Shown piece by piece: positions 41,753 through 56,216 of a DNA stretch of 64,000 bases (position 1 is the first letter of the stretch; every line of letters starts with the position of its first letter). This DNA is from Eledone cirrhosa (lineage: Eukaryota), in contig CAXHJY010001504.1 of NCBI GenBank assembly GCA_964016885.1, positions 186,001-250,000 on the forward strand, given 5' to 3'. The position numbers were made by a program, and so were the translations under genes. The notes under the pieces are model-generated. The model was given only the letters and a program-made list of their open reading frames with translations. It was not told where the DNA came from and did not search any database.

Positions 41753-42524
41753 ATAAATTGCAGAGACTATGTTGAAAAATAAACCTCATTTGGTCATTCC
41801 ATGAGAGTATCTTAGTCAGCCTGTTCGTCTAGAAGGCAAATACAATATTATTAGCTCTGGTATATTCTGCTATACACCTCTCTCTCTCCTATATATCTCT
41901 TCTCTATCACTCTTCTCTCTCTCCTCTATCACTCTTCTCTCTCTCCTCTATCACTCTTCTCTCTCTCTCTCCCTCTCTCTCATCTGTGTACTTCTCTATC
42001 TCTTCTTCTTCTTCTTCTTCCTCTCTCTCTCTTTTGTACTAAAAAACAACCACAATATTTTTACCTCCACTATAAACTACTCTATACAACCATAGACAAC
42101 TCCCTCTTTATCTCTGTCTGGCTACCTATTTCTGTCTCTGTCTTTCTGTCTTTCTGTCTCTGTCTTTCTCTGTGCCTCTGTCTCTCTCTCTCTCCCTCTC
42201 TCTCTCTATGTATCTGTCTACCTATTTTATCTCTCTCTCATTCTCTCTCTCTCTCCTCAAATATCAGATCGTCATTTCTCTTTAACCATAATCTTCTTTA
42301 GTATAATTTACCGAGAGACACATCAACAGGGAATCAGCATAAATATATGATTTATAATCCGATTGACGGTTTTAAGTAAAAATAGAAAATAAAAAATAAA
42401 AATTGAAATAATAAAGTAATAAAAAAATAAACAAACCATAAATAACAATTAACCACCCCACCATCACCACCACAAATAAAGATAATAAATATTAAACTCA
42501 TAATAATAATGAAATAAATACAAA

Positions 42525-43259
42525 TAATTGTTTCTACTTTTTGGCACAAGGCCAGCAATTATCCCAGTGTATTACTGGTACTTTATTTTATCGACCCCGT
42601 AAGGATGAAAGGCAAAGTTAACCTCGGCGGGATTTGAACTCAGAATGGCAAGGGCCGTAACTCTATGCATCAAAGCATGGCGTCCGACCCTCTACCGATT
42701 CTGACAACCCACCACCCTTTAATAATAATGATTTCTAGTATAAACACAAGGCCAGTAATGTAGTGGGAGAGGAAAGTCGATTAAATCGACTCAGTGCGTT
42801 ACTGGTACTTTATTTTTTCGACCCCGAAAGGATGAAAGGCAAAGTTAACCTCGGTGGGATTTGAACTCAGACCGTAAAGGGACATAACTAGGTTGGAAAG
42901 CATGGCATCCGACCCTCAACCGACACTGCCAATAATAATTATTTCTAATTTTGGCACAAGGCCAGCAAATATTTGATCCCAGAACATAAATATCTGTAAT
43001 AAGGCCAGCAATTATCCGAATGTATTACTGGTACTTTATTTTATTGACCCTGTAAGGATGAAAAGCAAAGTTAAAAATAATTGTTTCTACTTTTGGCACA
43101 AGGCCAGCAATTACCCCAGTGCATTACTGGTACTTTATTTTATCAACCCCGTAACGATGAAAGGTAAAGTTAACCTCGACGGGATTTGAACTCAGAACGT
43201 AAAGGGCCATAACTCTATGCTTTAAATCATGGCGTCAGACCCTCTACCGATGCTGCCAA
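42525..43259 (-). mobile_element. Cluster of four tandem dominant SINE copies
   Basis: Repeated ttggcacaaggccagcaatt..gatgaaaggcaaagttaacctcg units. Confidence 0.85.
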
Positions 43260-46139
43260 TAATAATCGTAATATTAATTGAAATGACAAACAAACAAAAA
43301 AACTACGAATGATACAAGTAAATAAAACAAAACAAAATAGAATTAATAAAAACTAAAGAGTGACTGTGTTGAAATCTCAAATGACAATATTTAGATAAAG
43401 AGGCGGACGAGGAGTAGGAGGAGAGAAACAACAACAAAAACTGAGCTGTAGCAGCAGCAGCAGCAGCAAAAACGAAAGTGAAAGTAGAGGTTTAAATGGA
43501 CAACACCAACAAAAACATTAGTAGAAAATAAAAAAAAGAAAATAGTAAAATATACAAAAATAACAACGTAAAATAACCCCCCACCCCGACCCAAAGAGTA
43601 CTTTTGTCGTTCAATAAGAAAACACTGGTGATGATAATGATGATGACGACGGTGGTGGTGGTGGTGATGATGATGGTGGTGGTGATGATGATGAAGACGA
43701 TCAGAATGATGGTGATGATATTGAAAATAATTATGATGATGAAAATGATGATGATGATGATGATGATGACGACGGTGGTGGTGGTGGTGATGATGATGGT
43801 GGTGGTGATGATGATGAAGACGATCAGAATGATGGTGATGATATTGAAAATAATTATGATGATGAAAATGATGATGATGATGATGATGATTGTGATGTAA
43901 ATGACGAATAAACGGACGACAAGGAAGAAAACAAAAGAAGATATATAATATATATCATCCTTCCTCCCACCATCACCACCACCACTACTACTACCACCAT
44001 CACCACTACCACCACAAACAATACTACCACCATCACCACCACCACAACCACCAATACCACTAAAATCACCATCACCCAACCACCACCACCACAACAACAA
44101 CCACTGCCTCAGACACTTCGACCATGACCTCACAACTTCCACATCTACACACCACCAACACAACTACAACCACCACAACCACCTTTACACTCGACCAACA
44201 CCACCACCAAAACCATCTCTACACACCACCACCAACACCACCACCAAAACCACCTCTACCCCCCCCCCACCATCATCACCAAAACAACTTCTACATACCA
44301 CCAACACCACCACCTCTACACTACTACCACATCTACATCCTGCAACCACCAATATCTTTACACACCAACACCGACTACACACCACCAACATCACTACCAC
44401 AGCCTCCCCTACACACCAGCAACACCACCACATCTAACCGCCCACCCTTCCACACACCACCACAACCCCCTCTACACACTACCACCCCCACCATCACCAA
44501 CAACAACACCACCACAACTACACACAACCACCACCACCATCACTGACCAGTTTATAAATGCCTCAGATAATATCGCTACTTTAAAGATTTTAAAATATTT
44601 ATACCAAGAAATTGTAATCAATCGCCTCTCCAATATTAGACAACGTAAAAAGCAATTTAAGTCTAATTAATATTGGATTTCGTTCTATCATCTCGATGTT
44701 TCTTGTGTGGCGTTGTTTTAGTTTGATGTTTGTGGGTTTTGTGCGTTTTCTTAGTGATTTTGTTTGGTTTTGGCTCACTTTATATTGTATTGTTCTTGTT
44801 GCCGTCGTCAGAGTGAATAGGGTGACGGTTGTTGGGTGTTGGTGTAATGGTGGTTGATCTAATGGTGGTGTAGTGGTACTTGTTGTGGTGGTGGTGGTGA
44901 TTGTGGTGGTGTTCAGTGTAGTGGTGGTGTTGGCTGTTGATGTAGAGGTAGTGGTTGGTGTAGAGGTGTGGTTGGTGTAGAGGTGTTAGTGGTTGGTGTA
45001 GTGGTGGTTGTTGTGGTGGTGGTGATTGTGGTGGTGTTAAGTGTAGTGGTGGTGTTGGCTGTTGGTGTAGAGGTAGTGGTTGGTGTACAGGTGTTAGTGG
45101 TTGGTGTAGCAGTGGTAGGAGTGGTTGGTGCAAGGGTGGTGTTGGCTGTTGGTGTAGTGGTGGTGATTGTGGTGGTGGTTGGTGTAGTGGTGGTAGGGGT
45201 GGTGTTGGCTGTTGGTGTAGTGGTGGTGATTGTGGTGGTGGTTGGTGTAGTGGTGGTAGGGGTGGTGGTTGGAGTATTGGTGGTGATTGTGGTGTTGGTT
45301 GGTGTAGTGGTAGTACTGGTGGTAGGTGGTGGTTTTTGTAGTGGTAGTGGTGGTTGGTGTAGAGGTGTTGGTGGTTGATGTTGTGGTTGTTAATGTTTCG
45401 TTGGTGGTGGTGCTAGTTTTGGGAGTTGGTGTGATGGTAGTGTTAGTAGCTGGTGTAGTGGTAGTTAGTGGTTAGTGTATTGGTGGTATTGCTTGTTGGT
45501 GTAATGGCAGTGGTAGTGGTTGGTGTTGTGGTAGTAGCGGTGTGGTGGTTTTCGTAATGGTGGTGATTGTTGATGTAGTAATTGTAGTGGTTGGAGTTGT
45601 TAATGGTGTTGTTGTTGTTGTTGTTGGTGGTGGTGGTGTTATGTAGTGTTTAGTTTGACGTTGCTTGGCATGTTGGTGGAGGTTGTTGTTTGGGGTTGTG
45701 ATGATGATGATGGTGGTGATGCTTACCACCGTCGTCCTTATTATCGTCACCATTATCATCCTCACCGTCGTCAGAGTTGTCACCCTCGTTCTCACCATCG
45801 CTATCATCATCATCATCATCATCATTACGTGTAACTGGATTGACCATTCCACAAACACGTGTACCATTAATGGTTTCTTTTAGCGTAGTTATTCTCAGAG
45901 TGATTAGCGGCTCAACGTAAAAGAGATCGATAGAATATATACCAAAAAACGAAAAAGAAATTCGTACTGGTGGTCGATATCGTTGACTAAATACTCAAAA
46001 GGCGTTGCTCCATAATGGCCGCAGGAACAGTTCACCTTACATTAACGTACATTCGATGTAAAATTGTTTAATATGTATATTCTATAAATGTACGTTAAAA
46101 AAAATTACTAAGCACTTGGTGAATTTCTTTCATTGTTTT

Positions 46140-46222
<83 letters not shown>

Positions 46223-46248
46223 TTATATATATATATATATATATATAA

Positions 46249-46306
<58 letters not shown>

Positions 46307-46330
46307 TTATATATATATATATATATATAA

Positions 46331-46379
<49 letters not shown>

Positions 46380-47071
46380 AAAACAATGAAAGAAATTCAC
46401 CAAGTGCTTAGTAATTTTTTCCATTTATGGAATATACATATTAAACAATTTTACATCGAATGTACGTTAATATAAGGTGAAATGTTCCTGGTCTATTGAA
46501 CAAATTATGCTAATTATGCAATGCCGCCTCAGCTTCTAGTGCAAAAAGACAGGGAGTTCTTATGGCATTTTAAAATGTAGATTTGATAAAAATTTATGTT
46601 AATGGAAGCTGCATCAACTACACGTTCATCTATGTCAATATGTCTTTGCAAATGTCATAAATTTTCAAAAACATTACATTATGTATATTATATATTTCAT
46701 ATTTTTTCTTTATATATAGTAAAGTTAGATTTTATCTTTTCAAGATGTTCTAGTGTTCATTCAACGACTAGTTTTAAGTTTGTTAATAATAAAGAGAGAA
46801 GCGGTAACCATGTGAAAGAATTATGTTAAAGGTTCTCAATATTTGTATCAATGTACGTACCGACCTTATATGAGCAGTGATACGAAGATAAAACTCTTTT
46901 TCTATTATATCAAGCGTTAAATTATTATATATCTTATTTGAACTATATCGTTCTGCTGTGTTCTTTTCCATTTATGTTTCCACACACACACACACACACA
47001 CACACATATGTATAATTTCTCTTGTAAGGCATTAAATGAGTTAAAAACTTTATTCATTATATCTATTTTTT

Positions 47072-47104
<33 letters not shown>

Positions 47105-47105
<1 letters not shown>

Positions 47106-47256
47106 ACAAAGGAATTGTGGTAAGGAACCAGATGGACCATAACGCACCAGAGTACTCATTTCTTAGGGTAGTAGAGTGGGTAATAGGAACAACTATTTTT
47201 TAGTCCAGAAATAGCCGTCGGAACGGCTTGAGCTCTGCCGCCGGGGTCATACTTTT

Positions 47257-47262
<6 letters not shown>
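47105..47262 (-). mobile_element. Family D tail copy
   Basis: Same tail (ggaccataacgcaccagagtactc) plus an inverted segment, in (TA)n. Confidence 0.55.
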
Positions 47263-47325
<63 letters not shown>

Positions 47326-47666
47326 TGAATTCACCTGTCAGGCCTCCTGCCCTTTTACTTTATAACAGACACACACACATATATATATATATATATATGA
47401 GTTGTTTTTGAAACAGCAAAAGGATCGATCTCGAGTAGAAACTCATAATAATACCGACACTATATATATATATCACAAGTTCACGAACTTTTAGGACCAC
47501 GGACCCCTTCACAGCCACGTAATACCCTCAATGCCCTAACCCTATTTCCAGAGGAACTTGCCTATACGCAGATTTTAAATAATATGTAATAAATAAAATC
47601 GTTAATTTATATATATAATAATGAATATAATACATTCTATGTTTAAATAAATATAATATATACTTT

Positions 47667-47736
<70 letters not shown>

Positions 47737-47763
47737 CATTTGATAATTAATATACTATTATTT

Positions 47764-47938
47764 ATCGGTAGAGGGTCGGACGCCATGCTTTGACACATAG
47801 AGTTACGGCCCTTTCCATTCTGAGTTCAAATCCCGCCGAGGTTAACTTTGCCTTTCATCCTTACGGGGTCGATAAAATAAAGTACCAGTAATGCACTGGT
47901 GTAATTGCTCGCCTTGTGCCAAAAGTAGAAACGATTAT
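47764..47938 (+). mobile_element. Dominant SINE copy
   Basis: Near-consensus copy. Confidence 0.85.
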
Positions 47939-48386
47939 ATCATCTCTACCACCTCCTAAGGCCCGAGGGCCGCATGGGCCTTCTTAACGTCTCCCAGTGT
48001 TGGTAGCATCCATTTTGAGAACCTCTGATATAGGTGAACTTAACATTAAGGATACACGTGTCTATTCCATAGAAGCATGTATCCTTAATGGACTGTCTCA
48101 GGGAGATACGCCGTGACAGTGAGGGAGAAAGCTGAATGCGTACTCAATGAGTACTCAATGCATATTAGCATTGAATGAATCACTGTCATACACACAGACA
48201 CGCATATACACACATACACACATATACACATAGACTCACACACACACAGACAGATATACATACATACATATATATATACATATATATACATCTCACCATG
48301 GCCTCTGCCGGATGGCTGGAACAGGTAAAAGAGTAAAAGAGTCTATATATACACACACACACATATATATTTATACATACACACAC

Positions 48387-48421
<35 letters not shown>

Positions 48422-48434
48422 CATACACACGCAC

Positions 48435-48485
<51 letters not shown>

Positions 48486-48682
48486 TATATTTATACATAC
48501 ACACACACACACATATATATATGTATGTATATATATATATACATACACACATACATATATATATACATACACACACATATATATATATATGTATGTATAT
48601 ATATATATACATACACACAAATATGTATATATATATATATATATATACACACACAGACACACATGTATATATGTATATATGC

Positions 48683-48713
<31 letters not shown>

Positions 48714-48727
48714 CACACATGTTTATG

Positions 48728-48760
<33 letters not shown>

Positions 48761-48963
48761 TGTTACTGTTGTTGCTGAGGCCGTAGGTGTCGCTATAATT
48801 GTTGTTGTTGCTTTCGTTTGACATTGTCCCATTGTGTACGTCTGGAAATAATGGTCCCTCCTCCCTACATACACACAGAGTGGAACTTAAGGGTTTTTAT
48901 ATATATATAGAGAGATGTGACAAAGGGGAGGAGAGATGAGCAGCAAATGTCAAGTAAGGAAAC

Positions 48964-49050
<87 letters not shown>

Positions 49051-49103
49051 GCATGTATGTATTTATGTATTTATATATTTATATATATTTATATATTTAT
49101 ATA

Positions 49104-49186
<83 letters not shown>

Positions 49187-49456
49187 CGATATGTATATAT
49201 ATGTATATATATGTATATATATAGAGAGATATAGATATGTATATATAGAGATATACATAGATATAGATATATATAGATATAGATATATGGATAAGTATAT
49301 ATATATATATATATATATAGGGAGGGAAAGAGATATGTATATAGATATAGATATATAGATAAGTAAGATACATATATGTATATATACATATATGTATATA
49401 TATATATATGTATATATACATATATGTATATATATATATGTATATATACATATATG

Positions 49457-49514
<58 letters not shown>

Positions 49515-49548
49515 TGTGTATATGTATATGTATACACATACACACACG

Positions 49549-49606
<58 letters not shown>

Positions 49607-49740
49607 CATATATATACGTCTATGTGTGTTTTTGTAAAGCTACAATATCCCATACAAACGTAATTGAGTTCTATACAGTTATATATATATAAAAAAAGAC
49701 AGTCACTTCACACACGTACGTATGCGCGTGTGTGTGTGTC

Positions 49741-49789
<49 letters not shown>

Positions 49790-50054
49790 TCTTATGCATA
49801 TCTCTGTGTGTGCAAACACAAGGTGAACGCATCACACATGCATAGACTGGTGTAGACATATGCAGTAGTAAATATACAAGACACGAATATCCGCCGGCAT
49901 ACAGGATGTTTGAAAATAATAACATACATGAATGCATGCATACCTGTATTTGATATACATACATACCAATCATTCAATCATATCTACATACAAAAATATA
50001 TAGATACATACCTACATAGATAATATATATATCTATACAAAGAATGTGTGTGCA

Positions 50055-50135
<81 letters not shown>

Positions 50136-50226
50136 ATTATTTACACACATGCATGTATGTTTGTTATATAAATATGTGTGGGTATATATATATATATATA
50201 AATATATATACAGTTTTATAATATAC

Positions 50227-50259
<33 letters not shown>

Positions 50260-50751
50260 CATTTTTTTATTTTTTATATATATATATGTGTATATATATA
50301 TATATATATATGTGTGTGTACATATATATATATATCTATCTATATATGTATATTATAAAACTTTCAGAAAAATAAAAAAAGCATCTCTGTTCAGAGAAGG
50401 ATAATTAATTTATAGCTTCCTTTTGTTTATAAAAACTAGGACTAAAATAACACGTTTGAGTATAATTTAGTAATGAAGCCTACACTCTCAATGTGGATTA
50501 CTGTGTTTATGAATGAATATTGCTACACACAGCTAGTTTATGGATAATTTGAAACGTGAGACATACATTTCTTGAAAACTGATAATTTATCTACGTTTTC
50601 AGTGGATGCACTTTTATATAAATATGAGAGCAGTATACTCTCTGTCACATTTGGTATCCATTCCGACGGTGTTTGAACACCAGAAGAGGTTTCTTGTTAA
50701 GTTAATGTGTACCATCAATCTATTTTGCAGAGAGGTGGTTTTTTGGATGTT

Positions 50752-52411
50752 GGCGGTTGGTGTAGAGGTGTTAGTGTAGTGGTGTTGATTGTGGTGGTTG
50801 TTGGTGGAATGTTGTTGTTGGCTGTTGGTGTAGTGGCGGTTGGTGTAGAGGTGTTAGTGTAGTGGTGTTGATTGTGGTGCTTGTTGGTGGAATGTTGTTG
50901 TTGGCTGTTGGTGTAGTGGTGTTTGGTGTAGAGGTGTTAGTGTAGTGGTGTTGATTGTGGTGGTTGTTGGTGGAATGTTGTTGTTGGCTGTTGGTGTAGT
51001 GGCGGTTGGTGTAGAGGTGTTAGTGTAGTGGTGTTGATTGTGGTGGTTGTTGGTGTAATGTTGTTGTTGGCTGTTGGTGTAGTGGCGGTTGGTGTAGAGG
51101 TGTTAGTGTAGTGGTGTTGATTGTGGTGCTTGTTGGTGTAATGTTGTTGTTGGCTGTTGGTGTAGTGGCGGTTGGTGTAGAGGTGTTAGTGTAGTGGTGT
51201 TGATTGTGGTGGTTGTTGGTGTAATGTTGTTGTTGGCTGTTGGTGTAGTGGCGGTTGGTGTAGAGGTGTTAGTGTAGTGGTGTTGATTGTGGTGCTTGTT
51301 GGTGTAATGTTGTTGTTGGCTGTTGGTGTAGTGGCGGTTGGTGTAGAGGTGTTAGTGTAGTGGTGTTGATTGTGGTGGTTGTTGGTGTAATGTTGTTGTT
51401 GGCTGTTGGTGTAGTGGCGGTTGGTGTAGAGGTGTTAGTGTAGTGGTGTTGATTGTGGTGGTTGTTGGTGTAATGTTGTTGTTGGCTGTTGGTGTAGTGG
51501 CGGTTGGTGTAGAGGTGTTAGTGTAGTGGTGTTGATTGTGGTGGTTGTTGGTGTAATGTTGTTGTTGGCTGTTGGTGTAGTGGCGGTTGGTGTAGAGGTG
51601 TTAGTGTAGTGGTGTTGATTGTGGTGCTTGTTGGTGTAATGTTGTTGTTGGCTGTTGGTGTAGTGGCGGTTGGTGTAGAGGTGTTAGTGTAGTGGTGTTG
51701 ATTGTGGTGCTTGTTGGTGTAATGTTGTTGTTGGCTGTTGGTGTAGTGGCGGTTGGTGTAGAGGTGTTAGTGTAGTGGTGTTGATTGTGGTGGTTGTTGG
51801 TGGAATGTTGTTGTTGGCTGTTGGTGTAGTGGCGGTTGGTGTAGAGGTGTTAGTGTAGTGGTGTTGATTGTGGTGCTTGTTGGTGTAATGTTGTTGTTGG
51901 CTGTTGGTGTAGTGGCGGTTGGTGTAGAGGTGTTAGTGTAGTGGTGTTGATTGTGGTGCTTGTTGGTGTAATGTTGTTGTTGGCTGTTGGTGTAGTGGCG
52001 GTTGGTGTAGAGGTGTTAGTGTAGTGGTGTTGATTGTGGTGGTTGTTGGTGTAATGTTGTTGTTGGCTGTTGGTGTAGTGGCGGTTGGTGTAGAGGTGTT
52101 AGTGTAGTGGTGTTGATTGTGGTGGTTGTTGGTGTAATGTTGTTGTTGGCTGTTGGTGTAGTGGTGTTTGGTGTAGAGGTGTTAGTGTAGTGGTGTTGAT
52201 TGTGGTGGTTGTTGGTGTAATGTTGTTGTTGGCTGTTGGTGTAGTGGCGGTTGGTGTAGAGGTGTTAGTGTAGTGGTGTTGATTGTGGTGGTTGTTGGTG
52301 GAATGTTGTTGTTGGCTGTTGGTGTAGTGGCGGTTGGTGTAGAGGTGTTAGTGTAGTGGTGTTGATTGTGGTGGTTGTTGGTGGAATGTTGTTGTTGGCT
52401 GTTGGTGTAGT
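50752..52411. repeat. 83-bp GT-rich minisatellite, ~20 copies
   Basis: Unit starts at 50752, 50835, 50918, 51001 and onward. Few variant positions. Confidence 0.95.
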
Positions 52412-53089
52412 GGTGGTTGGTGTAGTGGTGGTGATTGTGGTGGTGATTTGGGCAGTGTTTGGTGTAGTGGTGGAGATTGTGGTGGTGGTTGATGTAGTGG
52501 TGGTTGGTGTAGAGTGGTGGTGATTATGGTAGTGGTTGGTGTAGTGGTGGTAGGGCTAATGGTAGTGATTGGTGTGGTGTTTGGTGTAGTGGTGGTTGGT
52601 CTAGTGGTGGTTGGTGTAGTGGTGGTGATTATGGTAGTGGTTGGTGTAGTGGTGGTAGTGGTAGGGCTAGTGATTGTGGTGGTGATGATTGTGGTACCTT
52701 TATATACATTTTAGAGCAGTTTACTTCTGTCACATTTTGTATCCATTCCGACGACACGTCTTCCAATTGTTTGAACACCAGAACAGATTTCTTGTTAAGT
52801 TAATATGTACCGTATGTACCGTATGTACCGTATGTACCGTATGTACCGTATGTACCGTATGTACCGTATGTACCGTATGTACCGTCAATCTATTTTCCAG
52901 AGAGAATCAACGTTACACATTTTGTGACAAGGCTGGCAATGAAAATTTTAGATCTAACTCATTTCCTTCCAGCTGAATGAACTGGAGAAATATGAAATAG
53001 TCTCTATTGCTCAAAGACGCAATGTACTATCGGCAATCAACCTCCTGGTCTTATGGCCAAGAGCCCCGTGCCATCAATTTTATTTTTTA

Positions 53090-53470
53090 TATACTACTCG
53101 ACCGCCCGTGACCCATTGGGACACGTTCCCTTCAAAATATTTTTTTTTAAAATCATGTTAAAATCACTTAAAAATAATTTTTAAATAATTCAAATATAGA
53201 CAGTCATGTCTCTCTTTCAATCTACTCTCTCACAACCTCTATCTCTTTCACTATCTTTCTCCCTCTATATATATTTATGAAGGTACCCGGAAAAACCCCA
53301 TATCTCGGGAAGCCGTGCTTCGATTCATGCGAAACTTGTTTTATTCCATTTGTATTCCCATTTCAGGGTCAACTTCCTTTCAAAGTATTTTCCCATTATG
53401 CACCATTTTGGCTGTATTACATTACAGACAAGCAGGCAAGCAATCATAGAGTTTTAGTAATATATAGATA
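53090..53470 (+). mobile_element. Possible non-autonomous Helitron/Helentron-like element
   Basis: atacta..cccgtg..cacg start, and acagac-type repeat with tagtaatatatagat end. Resemblance from memory only. Confidence 0.35.
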
Positions 53471-53666
53471 GATATACTATAAATAACTACACAGACAGCG
53501 AATTACGTTGGATAGATTACTTGCAGCAATAGTCCCCCCATTCCCTTCGTTCTCAAGCCCCGCCAAGGTCATCTATACATTTCATTCATTCAAGGTCGAA
53601 AAATATTACCAGTCTCTCTCCCCACCTCTCTCTCTCAACGTTCTTTTTCTCTCCCCCCCCCCCCCC

Positions 53667-53737
<71 letters not shown>

Positions 53738-53755
53738 ACTTTATCTGTTATTTTA

Positions 53756-53799
<44 letters not shown>

Positions 53800-53814
53800 A
53801 TGTAATATATAAAC

Positions 53815-54013
53815 AAAGAAGGTGTGGTAAGATGCCAGGTGGACCATAACGCACCAGAGTACTCGATACTTATGGTAGTAGAGTGGGTAATAAGAAAAGA
53901 GTCAGGAACCCCGACGGCTGAGCTCCGGCCGTTTCAACAGCTACATCTGAACCCGAGTTTGGATCTAGCTGTTGAAACGGCCGAAGCTCAGCCATCGGGG
54001 TCCTGACTCTTTT

Positions 54014-54019
<6 letters not shown>
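53815..54019 (-). mobile_element. Family D fold-back tail copy
   Basis: Arms ggccgtttcaacagcta/tagctgttgaaacggcc plus tail. A tail-only copy lies at ~59898-59952. Confidence 0.65.
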
Positions 54020-54081
<62 letters not shown>

Positions 54082-54428
54082 GAGGTGCGCTAGCAGCCGA
54101 AAGTTACGATATGGCTATAACTATATAAATACAGAGCGGTTAACTGTACCAATGTGTATATACATATACACATTCACATCCATATATGTATACACATATC
54201 TAATATATAGGGTTGTAAACATGCCAGAAAATAGAACTTTACCTGAAAACTGACACACACACAGTTAAGTATTAAGAAGAACGGAAGGGAAGCACAGTTT
54301 AACAGTTGAATTAGGTACTCCACACATTGATAGAGACGGTCCATATATTTTTCTTATAGAAATAACTTTTACTTAACTAGAATTGTTTTTCTTTTTAAAT
54401 CAGAAGATTTCAATCGAATGAAAGTTTG

Positions 54429-54470
<42 letters not shown>

Positions 54471-54591
54471 ATGTATGTATGTATATGAGTGTATGTATGT
54501 ACATGTATATGAGTGTATGTACATCTATATATGTATATATGTGTGTATATATATATACATATATATGTGTGTATATACATATACATATATA

Positions 54592-54634
<43 letters not shown>

Positions 54635-54700
54635 GTGTGTATTCATATATATGTACATATATGTACATGTATAAATAAATATATATATGTTTATGTGTGT

Positions 54701-54743
<43 letters not shown>

Positions 54744-54894
54744 CGTGTATATATGTGTTTGCGTGTGTGTCATTGTACGTAAAAAATAACTTAGAAACAT
54801 ATCTTGAATAATTGTAAAGAAACCAATACTTAGGAAATAAACAACAAAACGTAACAAAACAAAAAAACTATATAACTTTAAAAGACCGATCTTT

Positions 54895-54990
54895 TGTCTA
54901 CAGCTGGTAATGGAAGAGATGTCCAAATATCCCGGAAGTAGATCTCCAAATATTCCGGAAGTATATATACAAATCCTCCGGATGTATTAT
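54895..54990. promoter_or_regulatory. Candidate intronic enhancer: E-box plus three ETS sites
   Basis: CAGCTG at 54901, CCGGAAGT at 54932 and 54955, CCGGATGT at 54978. Confidence 0.3.
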
Positions 54991-55144
54991 TTACAAAATG
55001 TAGGAATGAAAAAAAAACAAAGCCTTTCATTCAATTCAAATCGTGATAAAATACAATTTTCAGTGCTCAGCCATCTTGTCAACATTCAAATATAACAACA
55101 AAACAACACAACAACAACAGCAACATCATCAACAACAAAAGCAA

Positions 55145-55850
55145 TGATTTCCAATTTAAGCACAAGGTCAGCAATTTGTTCTGAGAGGAGAATGTCGATT
55201 ATATCGACCTGAGTACGTGACTGGTACTGTATTGTATCAACTCCATAAAAAGGAAATGAGAAAGGAAGGAAGTGCTGAATGCTGCTTTATTTGAACTCAA
55301 AACATAAATACCTGTAACTAATTATAATATATGGAGATGAATTAAAGAAACTTGGGATCACAAGGAGGTGGGTGTGGTTAGGAGTATCACCTGTGTCTCC
55401 GGGAACCACTGTCTACATGATGTAAATAGTTATGCTTCTTCTAACGACGATTGGGGGTTGCCTGTATCAGTAGAGCATCAGACATGTTTTGTGGCATACA
55501 GTTACAGTCATTTCCGTTCTGAGTTTAAATCCCACGGAGGCTATCTTTGCCTCTCCTCTTTACGTGGTCGATATAATAAAGCACCAGTAATGCACTGGTG
55601 TCGACTTAATTCCCTTTACCCTCCCTCCAAAAATTGTTGGCCTTGTGCCTAAATCAGAAACCATTATTATTATTAGGGCGTCGGATAAATGCTTAGCAGT
55701 ATCTATTCTTTCTGAGTTCAAACTTCGCCGAGCTCAACTTTAATCCTTCTAGACGTCAATGAAATAAAGTACCAGTCATATACTGATGGTTGAGTTATCA
55801 ACTTTCACCGCTCCTCAAATTTCTGCCCTTGTGCGTAAATTAGAAATATG
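55145..55850. mobile_element. Three older, diverged SINE copies (one minus, two plus)
   Basis: Degenerate central and tail motifs at ~55145-55305, 55455-55668 and 55676-55850. Confidence 0.7.
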
Positions 55851-56216
55851 TATTATTGATATAGGTATGCTATGGCATGGCCCCGTAACTCCTGATTGAG
55901 TTGTAGTAACATATGGAGTTATTTTGGAATTTTAAGCTTGGTGGAGTCCCTCACTCTCCATGCTTGAGTCAGCATATTTCTTCTAGAGAAGGATAGAAAG
56001 TGACAGAGAGGAAGTGTGGAAGAATCAACCCCAGTACTAGACTGATACTTTTTCTATCGACTTCGAAAGGATGAAAGGCAAAGTTGAAAATCTACGGCTG
56101 ATTCTTTATTTTATCAAACCGTAAAGTTAACCCCTCAACATACATAGGCATAGCTTAAATAGCCGCCATTTTATTCTGGCACTGAATCAATTGTGCCACC
56201 CAATACCTTTTTTTTC

